Assembly: GCA_021733945.1 (NCBI GenBank)
Contig: JAIPJX010000005.1
Location: 12,034 to 76,033 of the forward strand
Origin: Verrucomicrobiota bacterium
GTDB taxonomy: Bacteria; Verrucomicrobiota; Verrucomicrobiia; Limisphaerales; SIBE01
Reading direction: 5' to 3'
Length of the DNA stretch: 64,000 bases
Position numbers and translations under genes: made by a program. Of this stretch, positions 28,859 to 38,304 are shown in pieces. The number at the start of each line of letters is the position of its first letter. Within the stretch, counting starts at the first letter, position 1. A model generated the notes under the pieces. That model did no database searches. It was not told where the DNA came from and saw only the letters and a list, made by a program, of their open reading frames with translations.

Positions 28859-31522
28859 TCAGGGGCGATCCCAGACGGCTGGGAGCTTCTCCGAATCCGG
28901 ACCGTAGGTTTGCGAAACAGCAAAACCGCTGGCCTGCGAGATGTAAAAAATCCTGCCATTGGAAACGACCGCTCCGAGGCACTCGCGCGAATCGATCGCG
29001 GGTCCTGTTGAAACCAGTTTGCCTCCGGCCGACAGATCGATCATGTCCATGTTGGCACCCAGGACAAACGGCTCGGACAGGGTGAACCGGCAGCAGGCGT
29101 AGTTGTGCCCGATGCTGCTGACCACACGCCCTGTCTCGCGGTCAAACACGTTTCCCTTGCCGCGAAGCGCGTTGGAAAAGATGAACTGCTTCCCAACGGT
29201 CACCACGTTCAGAGCTGATGTGATCGGATCGGATTGCCAGACCAGAGAGCCGTCCCTGGCATCCAGACACCAGACAAACCGGTCCGTCGTCGCCTCGTTG
29301 GGGCGGTTGTTGCCTCCGATGTAAATCCGTCCGTCCCGTGCGCTGAGCGTGCATTTGGAGGTGACATAATACTCTGTGGTATGCCACAAAACCTCGCCGG
29401 TTTCAGGATTCAGACAGGCGGTCAGACCGTTGTTGTCCTGCGGCAACCCGCGTCTCGCCCGCTTGCCAGCCGCGTACCCGAAGAACGTCGAGTAATAGAG
29501 TTTCCCATCAAGCAGGCAGAGGCCGCAATCGTTGCCACCGCGACCGTACTCGGAGAAATCCTTTTCCCAGACCACCCGTCCGGTTTCGAGATCCCAAGCC
29601 CACAAGCGCGGGTGGTTGTTTTTGGGATAGTACGGATTGTCGTTCGAGTAGATCCAGCTCATCACCTCCCGGCCTTCCGCTGGAACCGGAGTACCTCCAA
29701 AGATAAAAGGCGTTTCGGTGCCCTGCACGGCGTATTCACCGGAGCCCGAGGCGTAGATGGCGATGTTTCCTTGAACCACCGGAGGAAACTGGCGGCTCCA
29801 GCTCGGGGACCCGGTGAAGGGGGCTTCCCAGAGCAACCGTCCGGTCGCGGCGTCAAGGCAGCGCATGAGAGAACGCTTGATGCCGGCCTGGGGAACCAGC
29901 AGCTTTTCGCCGATGTAGAGGGGGGAGGTGAACGACAGATGGACATCCGGCCAGTAACGCCGCCACAAAAGCCGGCCGGTGTCCTGTTCCACAGCAATGA
30001 TCTGGCCCTCGGCGGTGTGCGTGTACAATCGTCCACCGCCGCAGACTGGCAGATGCTTCACGGTGCCCTCAATCCGGCGCGCCCACCGCATGCGCAGGGG
30101 AGGTTGCAAACCCTGGTCGTTGGCGTTGGAACCCTGGAAATCGCCGTAGTTGGTGTACCAATCAAACTCGGGCCCCGCCTTCGGTCCGGTCAACGGACTG
30201 CGAATCGTTGAAAGCTGCAGATCGGTTCGAGGGAGGGATGCGCTTCCCTCCGTACCGAGCACATAGAGGTATCCATCCTCACAGCCCACGAAAAGGCGAC
30301 CGTCCGAAACAGCAAGCGGCGCTGTGATGGGCGCTCCAAACGCGGTTGCGAAAGACCATGCTTTGCCACCCGCCAGGGGCACCCCGTAGAGAGTTCCGTC
30401 CAGACCGCCGTATACGGCATGGTCTCGTGTCAACAAAGGCGGACAAATGGACCCCGCGGGACTGAGGACTTCCGTCGCAGCCGTGCTGGTGGTGTGCCGG
30501 CACAACCCCAGACCCTCCTGGGGTCTTACCCGGTAGACCGAGTCCCCGCGAATACTGACCGATGCAAAACTGAGCAGGCCCGGCAGGCGGATCAGGGTTT
30601 CCGTACCTCGAACGAAATCGGTCTGAAGAGTGTCGCCCGACAAATGCAATTTCTCCACCCGGCCCGAGTTATCGCGTCGGTGCCATTGAACATAAACGTT
30701 GCCGGCTGCATCGGCACTCTGACCAAATGTGGCGGGGTATTCCTGCCCTGCATATTCGGGAATCTCGCCGAGCACCCGGAGGCGGGGAGAAGCCCCGGCG
30801 TCCTCGAGGAACACCGTGCGCCCACCGGCCGGAAGCACAATGGTGGAGCCAACGAGACAGATGTCTCGCGAGCAGATGAAATGATCCCGCCAGGTGACCC
30901 GATCCCCTCGACTGGCCAACCAATCGGCACCACTCCAACGATTCCCCTCGAACCCGACGGCCTCCGTGACGAAATCCCACGTCCACACCGGTTCTCCATC
31001 CGGTTTGAGCGCATGAACGCGCGCACCGAGCGTAGCGAAATACACACGGTCGGTCCCCACCACAGGTGCTGAGAAAATCGGTTCCCCGCAATCGATTTCA
31101 CGGATCACCGCGCCATTGGTCCGATCCAGCACATAGTAATAGCCGGCCATCGTCCCGACATGGAGGTACCTGCCCACCACAGCGGGAGCAGCCACGTTGT
31201 TGCAGTTGGCGAGCCCACCCCGCGTGGCAAAACGCCATACGATTTGATGGGATTTCGTGTCGAGAGCGAACACGACCCCTGAACCGTCCACTACGAAGGC
31301 CGTTCCCTGACTCACCACGGGTGCCGCGAAAATTGCGTCAGTTAGCGGAATTGTGGCCAGCAGACCAAGCGGAAGCTCAAGAGCCTCTCCCGGAGCATTG
31401 CCCGAACGAAGGGAGTCCCCCTGCAGCTGGGGCCAGTCTCCGGCTCCGGCATTTTCGATGAAGCCGATTGCACAACAGATCGAAAGAGCGAATACGATCG
31501 AGAATCCGACACGGGGTTTCAT
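28859..31522 (-). CDS. PQQ-like/BamB-like beta-propeller repeat protein (secreted, about 887 aa)
   Basis: The start MKPRVGFSIVFALSICCAIGF at 31522 is a signal peptide. Many repeats of G.V.A.D..TG...W are typical of PQQ-type propellers. Confidence 0.75.
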   Translation of the reverse strand: MKPRVGFSIVFALSICCAIGFIENAGAGDWPQLQGDSLRSGNAPGEALELPLGLLATIPLTDAIFAAPVVSQGTAFVVDGSGVVFALDTKSHQIVWRFATRGGLANCNNVAAPAVVGRYLHVGTMAGYYYVLDRTNGAVIREIDCGEPIFSAPVVGTDRVYFATLGARVHALKPDGEPVWTWDFVTEAVGFEGNRWSGADWLASRGDRVTWRDHFICSRDICLVGSTIVLPAGGRTVFLEDAGASPRLRVLGEIPEYAGQEYPATFGQSADAAGNVYVQWHRRDNSGRVEKLHLSGDTLQTDFVRGTETLIRLPGLLSFASVSIRGDSVYRVRPQEGLGLCRHTTSTAATEVLSPAGSICPPLLTRDHAVYGGLDGTLYGVPLAGGKAWSFATAFGAPITAPLAVSDGRLFVGCEDGYLYVLGTEGSASLPRTDLQLSTIRSPLTGPKAGPEFDWYTNYGDFQGSNANDQGLQPPLRMRWARRIEGTVKHLPVCGGGRLYTHTAEGQIIAVEQDTGRLLWRRYWPDVHLSFTSPLYIGEKLLVPQAGIKRSLMRCLDAATGRLLWEAPFTGSPSWSRQFPPVVQGNIAIYASGSGEYAVQGTETPFIFGGTPVPAEGREVMSWIYSNDNPYYPKNNHPRLWAWDLETGRVVWEKDFSEYGRGGNDCGLCLLDGKLYYSTFFGYAAGKRARRGLPQDNNGLTACLNPETGEVLWHTTEYYVTSKCTLSARDGRIYIGGNNRPNEATTDRFVWCLDARDGSLVWQSDPITSALNVVTVGKQFIFSNALRGKGNVFDRETGRVVSSIGHNYACCRFTLSEPFVLGANMDMIDLSAGGKLVSTGPAIDSRECLGAVVSNGRIFYISQASGFAVSQTYGPDSEKLPAVWDRP

Positions 31523-31682
31523 GCACAACATCTTCCTCCGAGCGATCACCCGGGGCAAACCCTATTCTCGCGAAGCTGCCGGGGGCGGTTTTCGCTAAAT
31601 CGCGCCGGCCGATTCGATGGCACCGGATCAACCGGTGTCATCCGGATGACGCACCGTCCAACGGACTTTCCTTCCCGAGGAC

Positions 31683-32657
31683 TTACTCCACCGCTGACAC
31701 TCGAAGCGCTCGCAATGTTCTCAATTCCTTAAACGGTAGACATCGCAAGGTCCGGGCTCCGGTCTTTCGTTTCGGACCAAATCGATCACGAAACTTCTCA
31801 AACAACTCCTCCACGAAAAGCTGCGAGCCGAGCACCGCTCCGTCCGTGAAATACCGGATGTGCAGCAGCAGCGTTTGGTTCCGGCTCAACTTCCCTCTAG
31901 CTTTCCAGATCCTGCGGATTTCTTCCAGCTCCTGCGTTCCGCCTGCGTCGCCAACACCGGTTTTGGAGAAGAGCGTCTCCCCATATTTGCCCAAGACGCC
32001 ACGCCAATCCCCTCCCATGGTTCCCTCAAAACTCTCAATTCCTTCGATCGCAAGCTCGTTGCCGGCGGCGGCTTCTCCGTATCCGCTGAAACGGTAGTCC
32101 ACCGGATCCTCCACCATGCCAGCCCTTACCGGGTTTAGATCAATGTAAGCCGCCACCGTGCGTACCACGTCGCTCCGGTCCTCAATCAGAATACTCCGGA
32201 ACCGTTCCGCCCACAGGGTTCCAAACCGACCATTCTTCCTGTTGTACCAGACCGTGAACCGCTGTTTCAGTTCCTTCATGAAAACGGACACATCGTTCAT
32301 CCGTTTGAGCAGGCGAACCCGGTCCTGTTCGGGAATCGAACCACCCGTTTCAATCGATTCGGCGATGCTAATCGTCTCGGGAGCTCCCTTGCCGTAAAAA
32401 TCGGTGAGCCGCGCGAGGAGTTCCGAGTCCGGGAGATCCGGCTGCGCCGGAACCCGGGCCAGGATGTGGATATGATTGGACATGAGGCAGTAAGTGATGA
32501 TCCGGACACCGCAGAAGGCCGCCTGACGACGCATCATCCGTCGGAAGGTCTCCTTGACGGAATTCGGGGCAAGCAGGAATTCACCGGCAACGATCCTTGA
32601 GAGACAGTGATATACGGCTGTGGACTCACGCGGGAGTTTAAATCTTGGTTTGCGCAT
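31683..32657 (-). CDS. IS200-like Y1 (HUH) transposase / REP-associated tyrosine transposase (RAYT)-like protein with C-terminal extension
   Basis: YCLMSNHIHIL is the HUH motif. AAYIDLNPVRAGMV holds the catalytic Tyr region. The ATG at 32657 is preferred over the GTG at 32663. Single copy, with no terminal inverted repeats seen. Confidence 0.75.
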   Translation of the reverse strand: MRKPRFKLPRESTAVYHCLSRIVAGEFLLAPNSVKETFRRMMRRQAAFCGVRIITYCLMSNHIHILARVPAQPDLPDSELLARLTDFYGKGAPETISIAESIETGGSIPEQDRVRLLKRMNDVSVFMKELKQRFTVWYNRKNGRFGTLWAERFRSILIEDRSDVVRTVAAYIDLNPVRAGMVEDPVDYRFSGYGEAAAGNELAIEGIESFEGTMGGDWRGVLGKYGETLFSKTGVGDAGGTQELEEIRRIWKARGKLSRNQTLLLHIRYFTDGAVLGSQLFVEELFEKFRDRFGPKRKTGARTLRCLPFKELRTLRALRVSAVE

Positions 32658-32906
32658 ACACACTCCTTTTACAACCTGTTCCTGCCATCGACGAATAAGG
32701 GTCGGCCAACGCGTCTGTTCGAGTGAGCTTCTGATTGCGGCGCGACCCGATTATTATGGCGCTGACCGAAACCTTCACCCTGGAGGGTCGGTTGTCAAAT
32801 TCTTTGGGCCTGTCCCTCTGTACTTGTTTGGATGGAGGGGCGAGGGTATTCTTCGCCGAATTTTTTAGATCCGGGCTGCTCGCTCGATGAACTGTATCGG
32901 CCTCGC

Positions 32907-35000
32907 ATGAAAACTCGACTGACCTTCTTTTTCGCTGGAACCAACCTCATTCCATTCACCCCTCTCGCCGCCTTCCGTCAGCTGCTGCTCGCACTCTTGC
33001 TCGCGGGCATCCCAGCTCCGTCGTCCGGCACTGAGCCAGCCCGGCGCGTGTTGCCGCCGGGCATTGAGATCGGCGCGCCGGATCGGGCGGAACTCGAGTC
33101 TGGCGTCGCTGAGCTGGGTCGGAGGATCGATGGTCTCCGGGACCGACTGAAGGACAACGCACCGCTCCTGGCGTTGCTGCCGGACGTGATTATTTTTCAC
33201 AAGGCGGTGCGCTGGCCGCTTCTGTATGATGAGTTCCTACGGACGAACGATGTCGCATCGGCAAAGTCGCTGATTCGGGCGGGGCTCGAACGGGCAGAGT
33301 TGCTTGCGGGAGGATCAGCCCCTTGGACCAACGCAACGGGTCTGGTGGTACGCGGGTATGTCTCGAAGGTCGACGGCTCTGTGCAGCCCTATGGTTTGGT
33401 TGTGCCGACCTCGTTCCGGGCTCCGACGGCCAATTCGCACCGCCTTGATATCTGGCTGCACGGCAGGGACAACCATTTGACGGAATTGAAGTTCCTGAAT
33501 GATCGGCTGGGCTCGGCAGGTCCGTTCACGCCGTCGGATACCTTCGTTCTGCACCCATACGGGAGGTACTGCAATGCCTTCAAGTTCATCGGCGAAGTCG
33601 ATGTGCTGGAGGCGATGGATCATGTCCGGGAACACTATCCGATCGACGACCGGAGAATCGCGGTGCGGGGGTTTTCGATGGGGGGTGCCGGGTGCTGGCA
33701 CCTGGCAACTCATTATGCGGGGCTTTGGGTGGGTGCCGCTCCGGGAGCAGGATTTGCAGAGACAGCGGCCTATCAGGGGATTTTCAGCCGCGGAGGGGTT
33801 CCCCCGTTGTATGAACAAACCTTGTGGCATTGGTACGACGCCACTGACTATGCCGGCAACCTGTTCAACACATCGACCGTGGCCTACAGTGGCGAAATCG
33901 ACAAACAGAAACAGGCGGCCGATATCATGGCGGACGCGCTGGCTGAGGAGGGACTTACGTTGACTCATATCATCGGACCGAACACAGCGCACAAGTATCA
34001 TCCCGATGCGAAGAAGGAGGTCGAACGCAGGATGGACCAAATAGCCAAGGCGGGTCGGGATCCGATGCCAAGAAAGATCCGTTTCACGACCTGGACACTC
34101 CGTTATTCGCGGATGCACTGGCTGAGTGTGGAGGGCCTCGGCAAACACTGGCAGAGAGCTCGGGTAAATGCTGAGATTGTGGGAGATCACACGATCCGAA
34201 CCGAGACATCGAACGTGAGCGAGCTTCGATTCTCGATGGCGTCGGGTAGCTGCCCTCTGGACCCAAGCATCCGGCCGGTGATCGTGCTGGATGGTCAGAC
34301 GCTGGAAGGCCCGCCGGTCGGATCGGATCGATCCTGGAACGTCCGGTTGCGACAGACAGACGGGATCTGGAGCACGATTCCGGTGGGGGAACACAGCCCG
34401 TCACCGAGCAAACGTCCCGGGATGCAGGGTCCGATCGACGATGCGTTTCTCGATTCGTTCATCATGGTGACTCCCACGCGGGAGGCGAACAGTCCCAGGG
34501 TGGGCCGGTGGGCGTCCGAGGAGGCACAACGGGCCATTGATCACTGGCGCCGCCAGTTCCGTGGGGAGGTTCGCGTGAAGGCCGATGTGGACGTGACAGA
34601 GGAGGATATGGCTCGGAACCATCTGGTTCTTTGGGGCGACCCCGGGAGCAATACGCTCCTTGCAAAGGTGGCCGAAAGACTGCCCATTCGCTGGAATACC
34701 AACGGTGCCCACACCGGGAGTGCGATCTATCCCGCGGACCGTTATGTGCCGGTCATGATCTGTCCCAACCCCTTGAATCCGGAACATTATGTGGTGGTGA
34801 ACAGCGGGGTGACCTTCAGCGAGTTCGGTCATCTGAGCAATGCGGCACAAACACCGAAACTACCGGATTATGCGATCCTGGACCTGGATTTTCCCGAGAA
34901 TTCGCCGTTCTCTGGAAAAGTCGTTGAAGCGGGTTTCTTTGGTGAAGATTGGAAAATGGGCCCGCATGGTGGGGATCCGGCCTTTTACAAACCCCGGTGA
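32907..35000 (+). CDS. Secreted alpha/beta hydrolase (prolyl oligopeptidase/esterase-like), paralog B
   Basis: The ATG at 32907 gives MKTRLTFFFAG... GFSMGGAGCW is a nucleophile elbow. Alignable by eye along its full length with paralog A. Confidence 0.7.
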   Translation: MKTRLTFFFAGTNLIPFTPLAAFRQLLLALLLAGIPAPSSGTEPARRVLPPGIEIGAPDRAELESGVAELGRRIDGLRDRLKDNAPLLALLPDVIIFHKAVRWPLLYDEFLRTNDVASAKSLIRAGLERAELLAGGSAPWTNATGLVVRGYVSKVDGSVQPYGLVVPTSFRAPTANSHRLDIWLHGRDNHLTELKFLNDRLGSAGPFTPSDTFVLHPYGRYCNAFKFIGEVDVLEAMDHVREHYPIDDRRIAVRGFSMGGAGCWHLATHYAGLWVGAAPGAGFAETAAYQGIFSRGGVPPLYEQTLWHWYDATDYAGNLFNTSTVAYSGEIDKQKQAADIMADALAEEGLTLTHIIGPNTAHKYHPDAKKEVERRMDQIAKAGRDPMPRKIRFTTWTLRYSRMHWLSVEGLGKHWQRARVNAEIVGDHTIRTETSNVSELRFSMASGSCPLDPSIRPVIVLDGQTLEGPPVGSDRSWNVRLRQTDGIWSTIPVGEHSPSPSKRPGMQGPIDDAFLDSFIMVTPTREANSPRVGRWASEEAQRAIDHWRRQFRGEVRVKADVDVTEEDMARNHLVLWGDPGSNTLLAKVAERLPIRWNTNGAHTGSAIYPADRYVPVMICPNPLNPEHYVVVNSGVTFSEFGHLSNAAQTPKLPDYAILDLDFPENSPFSGKVVEAGFFGEDWKMGPHGGDPAFYKPR

Positions 35001-35123
35001 AATCCGGAGGGCTGCCTGCCGTCCGTCAGAGCGATCTGCGGTGCCGTTCGGGAGATTGATCCGGGCTGCGGGGAGGTTCTGCGAACCTTGACTCGCCTAG
35101 CCGATTCCCTGAGACTTCGCGGC

Positions 35124-35621
35124 ATGTACAAGATCATCGGTTCCGATCAGAAGGAATACGGTCCTGTTGAGGCCCGGTATATCGAGGATTGGATCGCGCA
35201 AGGGCGGGCGAATGGCCAGACGATCGCCCGGTTTGAGGACGGTGCCTGGAAACCTCTCTCCACATTCCCTGAGTTTGCCGCTTCCCTGGCTGTTGCTCCG
35301 ATATCATCGGTTCCACCAGCGGCCGTTGCCGTGAGTGCTGCGCCGGAGCGCAAGGCCAATGTCATGTCCATCAGCGGTTTTGTTATGGGAATCATGGGAC
35401 TTCTGCAATGCTGCACCCCGTTCATCGCGATTTTGGGGCTTGTTTTCAGTCTGATCTCATTTTTCCAGATTCGCAACGAACCGGATCGTTACGAGGGCCG
35501 CAACCTGTCCATTGCGGGTATGATTCTCTCGGCCGTTGGGATCCTTTTGTTCGTCATTCTGCTTAAAACAGGTGTGATCGATGAGTTGATTAAAAATCTA
35601 CCGAAACTGGAGACGCCCTAG
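35124..35621 (+). CDS. GYF_2 (DUF4339) domain protein with C-terminal DUF4190-like TM hairpin
   Basis: MYKIIGSDQKEYGPVEARYIEDWIAQGRANGQTIARFEDGAWKPLSTFPEF is a GYF_2 domain. It is followed by two TM helices. Confidence 0.7.
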   Translation: MYKIIGSDQKEYGPVEARYIEDWIAQGRANGQTIARFEDGAWKPLSTFPEFAASLAVAPISSVPPAAVAVSAAPERKANVMSISGFVMGIMGLLQCCTPFIAILGLVFSLISFFQIRNEPDRYEGRNLSIAGMILSAVGILLFVILLKTGVIDELIKNLPKLETP

Positions 35622-35634
35622 CTTTTCCAGGGTG

Positions 35635-36492
35635 ATGAATACCCGGCTCTATCTTATCTTGGGGAGCGACGGTTTGGAGTATGGTCCCGTTTCCGATGTC
35701 GAAGTCTGCCAGTGGATCGTTGAAGGGCGGGCGGGGCGTGACACCCGGATACAGATTGAGGGGAGTTCCGAGTGGACCAGGATTTCGGCGCTTTCGGAAT
35801 TTTCAGGTCCCTTGAGTCTACAAACGGAACGGATCGAGCAGAGGATTGCGCATCTCTCGTCGGGTGAATCCGACCGTTTCAAGGCTTTTGTAAAGATTGG
35901 CCGGGATCTGGACCTCAATACTTGTTTCAGTCGGAGTTGGACGCTTCTGACCAAGAATCCAGTCCGTTTGATAGGGATGAGTCTCTTTTTTGGGCTCGTT
36001 CTGGGGGCGCTTCTCATGATTCCCACGGTTGGGCCCTTTGTGGTGGTTTTGGTTGGTTTGGGATTCCTTTCCGGATACGAACAGGTTTTCCTGAAGTTGA
36101 TTCGCGGCCAAAGGACGCACTTCATGGATCTTTTTTCCGGTTTTTACACGGCCTGGTTTCATCTGACGCTTGCGGGTGTTACCGCAAGCCTTCTGATCGG
36201 GGTTGGTTTGGCTTTGTGCGTTCTGCCGGGGATATATCTCGCCATGGCCTGGCTCCCCTTTACTCCGTTGCTCATCGTTGACCATCGTCTCGGCTTCTGG
36301 ACCGGTCTTGAAACCAGTCGCCGTCTGGTGACGGCGCTGTGGCCCACCTTCACCACGTTCGCCCTCACGCTGATGGCAGCGCTTGTAGGAGGGATCCTGT
36401 TGGCTGGCGTTGGTATCTTCATCGCCCTTCCGCTGGCAATCGGGGCGGTGGTCTTCGCCTACGAAGATATTTTTAACAGTCCGAAGACCTGA
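35635..36492 (+). CDS. GYF_2 domain protein fused to a polytopic (DUF975-like) membrane domain
   Basis: LYLILGSDGLEYGPVSDVEVCQWIVEGRAGRDTRIQIEGSSEWTRISALSEF is a second GYF_2 domain. It is followed by 5-6 TM helices. Confidence 0.65.
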   Translation: MNTRLYLILGSDGLEYGPVSDVEVCQWIVEGRAGRDTRIQIEGSSEWTRISALSEFSGPLSLQTERIEQRIAHLSSGESDRFKAFVKIGRDLDLNTCFSRSWTLLTKNPVRLIGMSLFFGLVLGALLMIPTVGPFVVVLVGLGFLSGYEQVFLKLIRGQRTHFMDLFSGFYTAWFHLTLAGVTASLLIGVGLALCVLPGIYLAMAWLPFTPLLIVDHRLGFWTGLETSRRLVTALWPTFTTFALTLMAALVGGILLAGVGIFIALPLAIGAVVFAYEDIFNSPKT

Positions 36493-36504
36493 CCTTTTGG
36501 CAAA

Positions 36505-36924
36505 ATGAACCGGCCTCCCTTGCTTGGAGATCCATTTAGAATCTCGAATCAACTCCCGATTCTCTTTGGAGGGTTCCTTATTATTGCTGTTTCTGCGAGA
36601 TTCGTGCTGGATCACAAGGTTCCAACGATTCCGTGTCTGTTCCGTCATTTTTTGGGCCTTCCCTGTCTGCTTTGCGGTGGAACGCGCTCCCTGGCTTCGT
36701 TGGCGAACCTGGACCTTGTCGCATCCGTGGGGTTCAGTCCTCTGGTTTTTTTCGCTGTCTTTTTCTCTGGTTCAGGGTCGTTTCTCTGGTTTCTTGAACG
36801 ATTTGGTCTGTTTTCTTCTTCGCACTGGTTCAGTGGGCGGCTCTCGGGGGTTCCACTCCGATTGATGGTTTTGGTGGTGGTTGTCATCCACTGGGTTTAC
36901 CTGGTTTATTATCTCCCCGGGTAA
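36505..36924 (+). CDS. DUF2752 domain membrane protein
   Basis: CLFRHFLGLPCLLCGGTRS is the DUF2752 cysteine motif. TM helices follow. Confidence 0.7.
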   Translation: MNRPPLLGDPFRISNQLPILFGGFLIIAVSARFVLDHKVPTIPCLFRHFLGLPCLLCGGTRSLASLANLDLVASVGFSPLVFFAVFFSGSGSFLWFLERFGLFSSSHWFSGRLSGVPLRLMVLVVVVIHWVYLVYYLPG

Positions 36925-36979
36925 CCTGAGGGCTCTACCAACAAGTTCTGATTCTCCTGTGAACAACTCCCTCGAACAG

Positions 36980-37011
36980 CCCAACAACCCTTTCCTCTTC
37001 CGGTTGTTGGG
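36980..37011 (+). terminator. Hairpin after the DUF2752 gene (10-bp stem)
   Basis: CCCAACAACC-ctttcctcttcc-GGTTGTTGGG. The U-tract is weak or absent. Confidence 0.5.
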
Positions 37012-37088
37012 TGACCCTGGTTGGTTGATTGGCTGTCCGAACTTTGCGTAAGTGCTTGCGGTATCCTTGACAGCGCGGACTATTTGCT

Positions 37089-37097
37089 TTATTCACA
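37089..37097 (+). promoter_or_regulatory. DnaA-box-like 9-mer TTATTCACA upstream of dnaN
   Basis: One mismatch from TTATCCACA. Its exact reverse complement, TGTGAATAA, recurs upstream of dnaA at 45141. It sits in an AT-rich 60-bp stretch. Confidence 0.4.
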
Positions 37098-37147
37098 GCC
37101 CTTAATAAGAATCTATTTCTCAGAAGAGAATTAGTAGTAAGGGCTCA

Positions 37148-38257
37148 ATGAAGTTAGTAATCGCCAAAGACAAACTCATCCAAGGGCTGCAGGCTGTTCA
37201 GAATGTGGTGGGCTCGAAAACGACCCTTCCGATTCTGTCGAATGTGCTGCTGCAGGCAAGTGGTTCCAGATTGGAACTGACGGCCACCGATTTGGATGTG
37301 ACGATCAGTTGCAGTGTCGAAGCAACCGTAGAACGAGAGGGAGGCACGACGCTGCCGGTGAAGAGGCTCTTTGGAATAGCCCGGGAGCTGGCCGCCTACG
37401 AAGTTGAGCTGGATGTGAACGAGAAAAGTGTCTGCACACTCAAGGCGGGTTCTTCGTTCTATCGAATCAACGGACTTGCGATGGAGGAATATCCGCCAAA
37501 GCCCGAATTCAGCGAGCTCAGGAATGTGAGTCTGGTTCAGGAGAAGCTCAAAGGGATGTTCAAGAAAACCTCCTTTGCGATATCGACCGACGAAACGCGA
37601 TTTGTTTTAAACGGAGTCTACGTGAGTTTCAAGGGTCAGAAGATGACCATGGTGGCAACGGATGGAAGGCGTCTGGCACTGGCGGAGACGGATGTTGAGA
37701 TAGCAGACGAAGGTCAGTGTGATTTTATTGTTCCGACCAAGGCCGTGAACGAGCTGAACCGGCTTCTTCAGAGTTCGGGTGAAGTGGAGATCAAGACGAG
37801 CGAGAACCGGGTGGCGTTTTCCCTGAAGGAAGAGGGGGGAGCATCGATCGGAATTGTTTCGAAGCTGGTTGAGGGGAATTATCCGAATTACAGGCAGGTG
37901 ATTCCCGGGGAATGCAAGGAACGCATCGCGCTGGGAAGGGAGGAGCTGCTGCATGCGTTGCGCCGGGCGGAGATCATGACGAGCGACAAGTCGAATTCCG
38001 TAAAAATGGCATTCACTCGAAACAATCTGGCCATCACCGCCAATTCACCGGAAGTCGGCGAGGCGAGGGAAAGTCTGGCGATCAACTACAAGGGCAGGGA
38101 CGTCGCGATCGCATTCAATCCGAATTATCTGATGGATCCATTGAAGGCGCTCGAGGACGACGAAGTGTATCTGGAGCTGATCGATGAGTTGAGTCCGGGA
38201 GTGCTCAAGGTCAGCGAGCCTTTTCTGTACGTGTTGATGCCGATGCGGATGAGCTGA
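37148..38257 (+). CDS. dnaN: DNA polymerase III beta sliding clamp
   Basis: 369 aa. MKLVIAKDKLIQGLQAVQNVVGSKTTLPILSNVLL...LELTATDLD... is canonical DnaN. Confidence 0.93.
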   Translation: MKLVIAKDKLIQGLQAVQNVVGSKTTLPILSNVLLQASGSRLELTATDLDVTISCSVEATVEREGGTTLPVKRLFGIARELAAYEVELDVNEKSVCTLKAGSSFYRINGLAMEEYPPKPEFSELRNVSLVQEKLKGMFKKTSFAISTDETRFVLNGVYVSFKGQKMTMVATDGRRLALAETDVEIADEGQCDFIVPTKAVNELNRLLQSSGEVEIKTSENRVAFSLKEEGGASIGIVSKLVEGNYPNYRQVIPGECKERIALGREELLHALRRAEIMTSDKSNSVKMAFTRNNLAITANSPEVGEARESLAINYKGRDVAIAFNPNYLMDPLKALEDDEVYLELIDELSPGVLKVSEPFLYVLMPMRMS

Positions 38258-38304
38258 GACCGGTTCTCCTGGAGAACGGTCCCCGAGGCTACTGAAAGGA
38301 GCAG

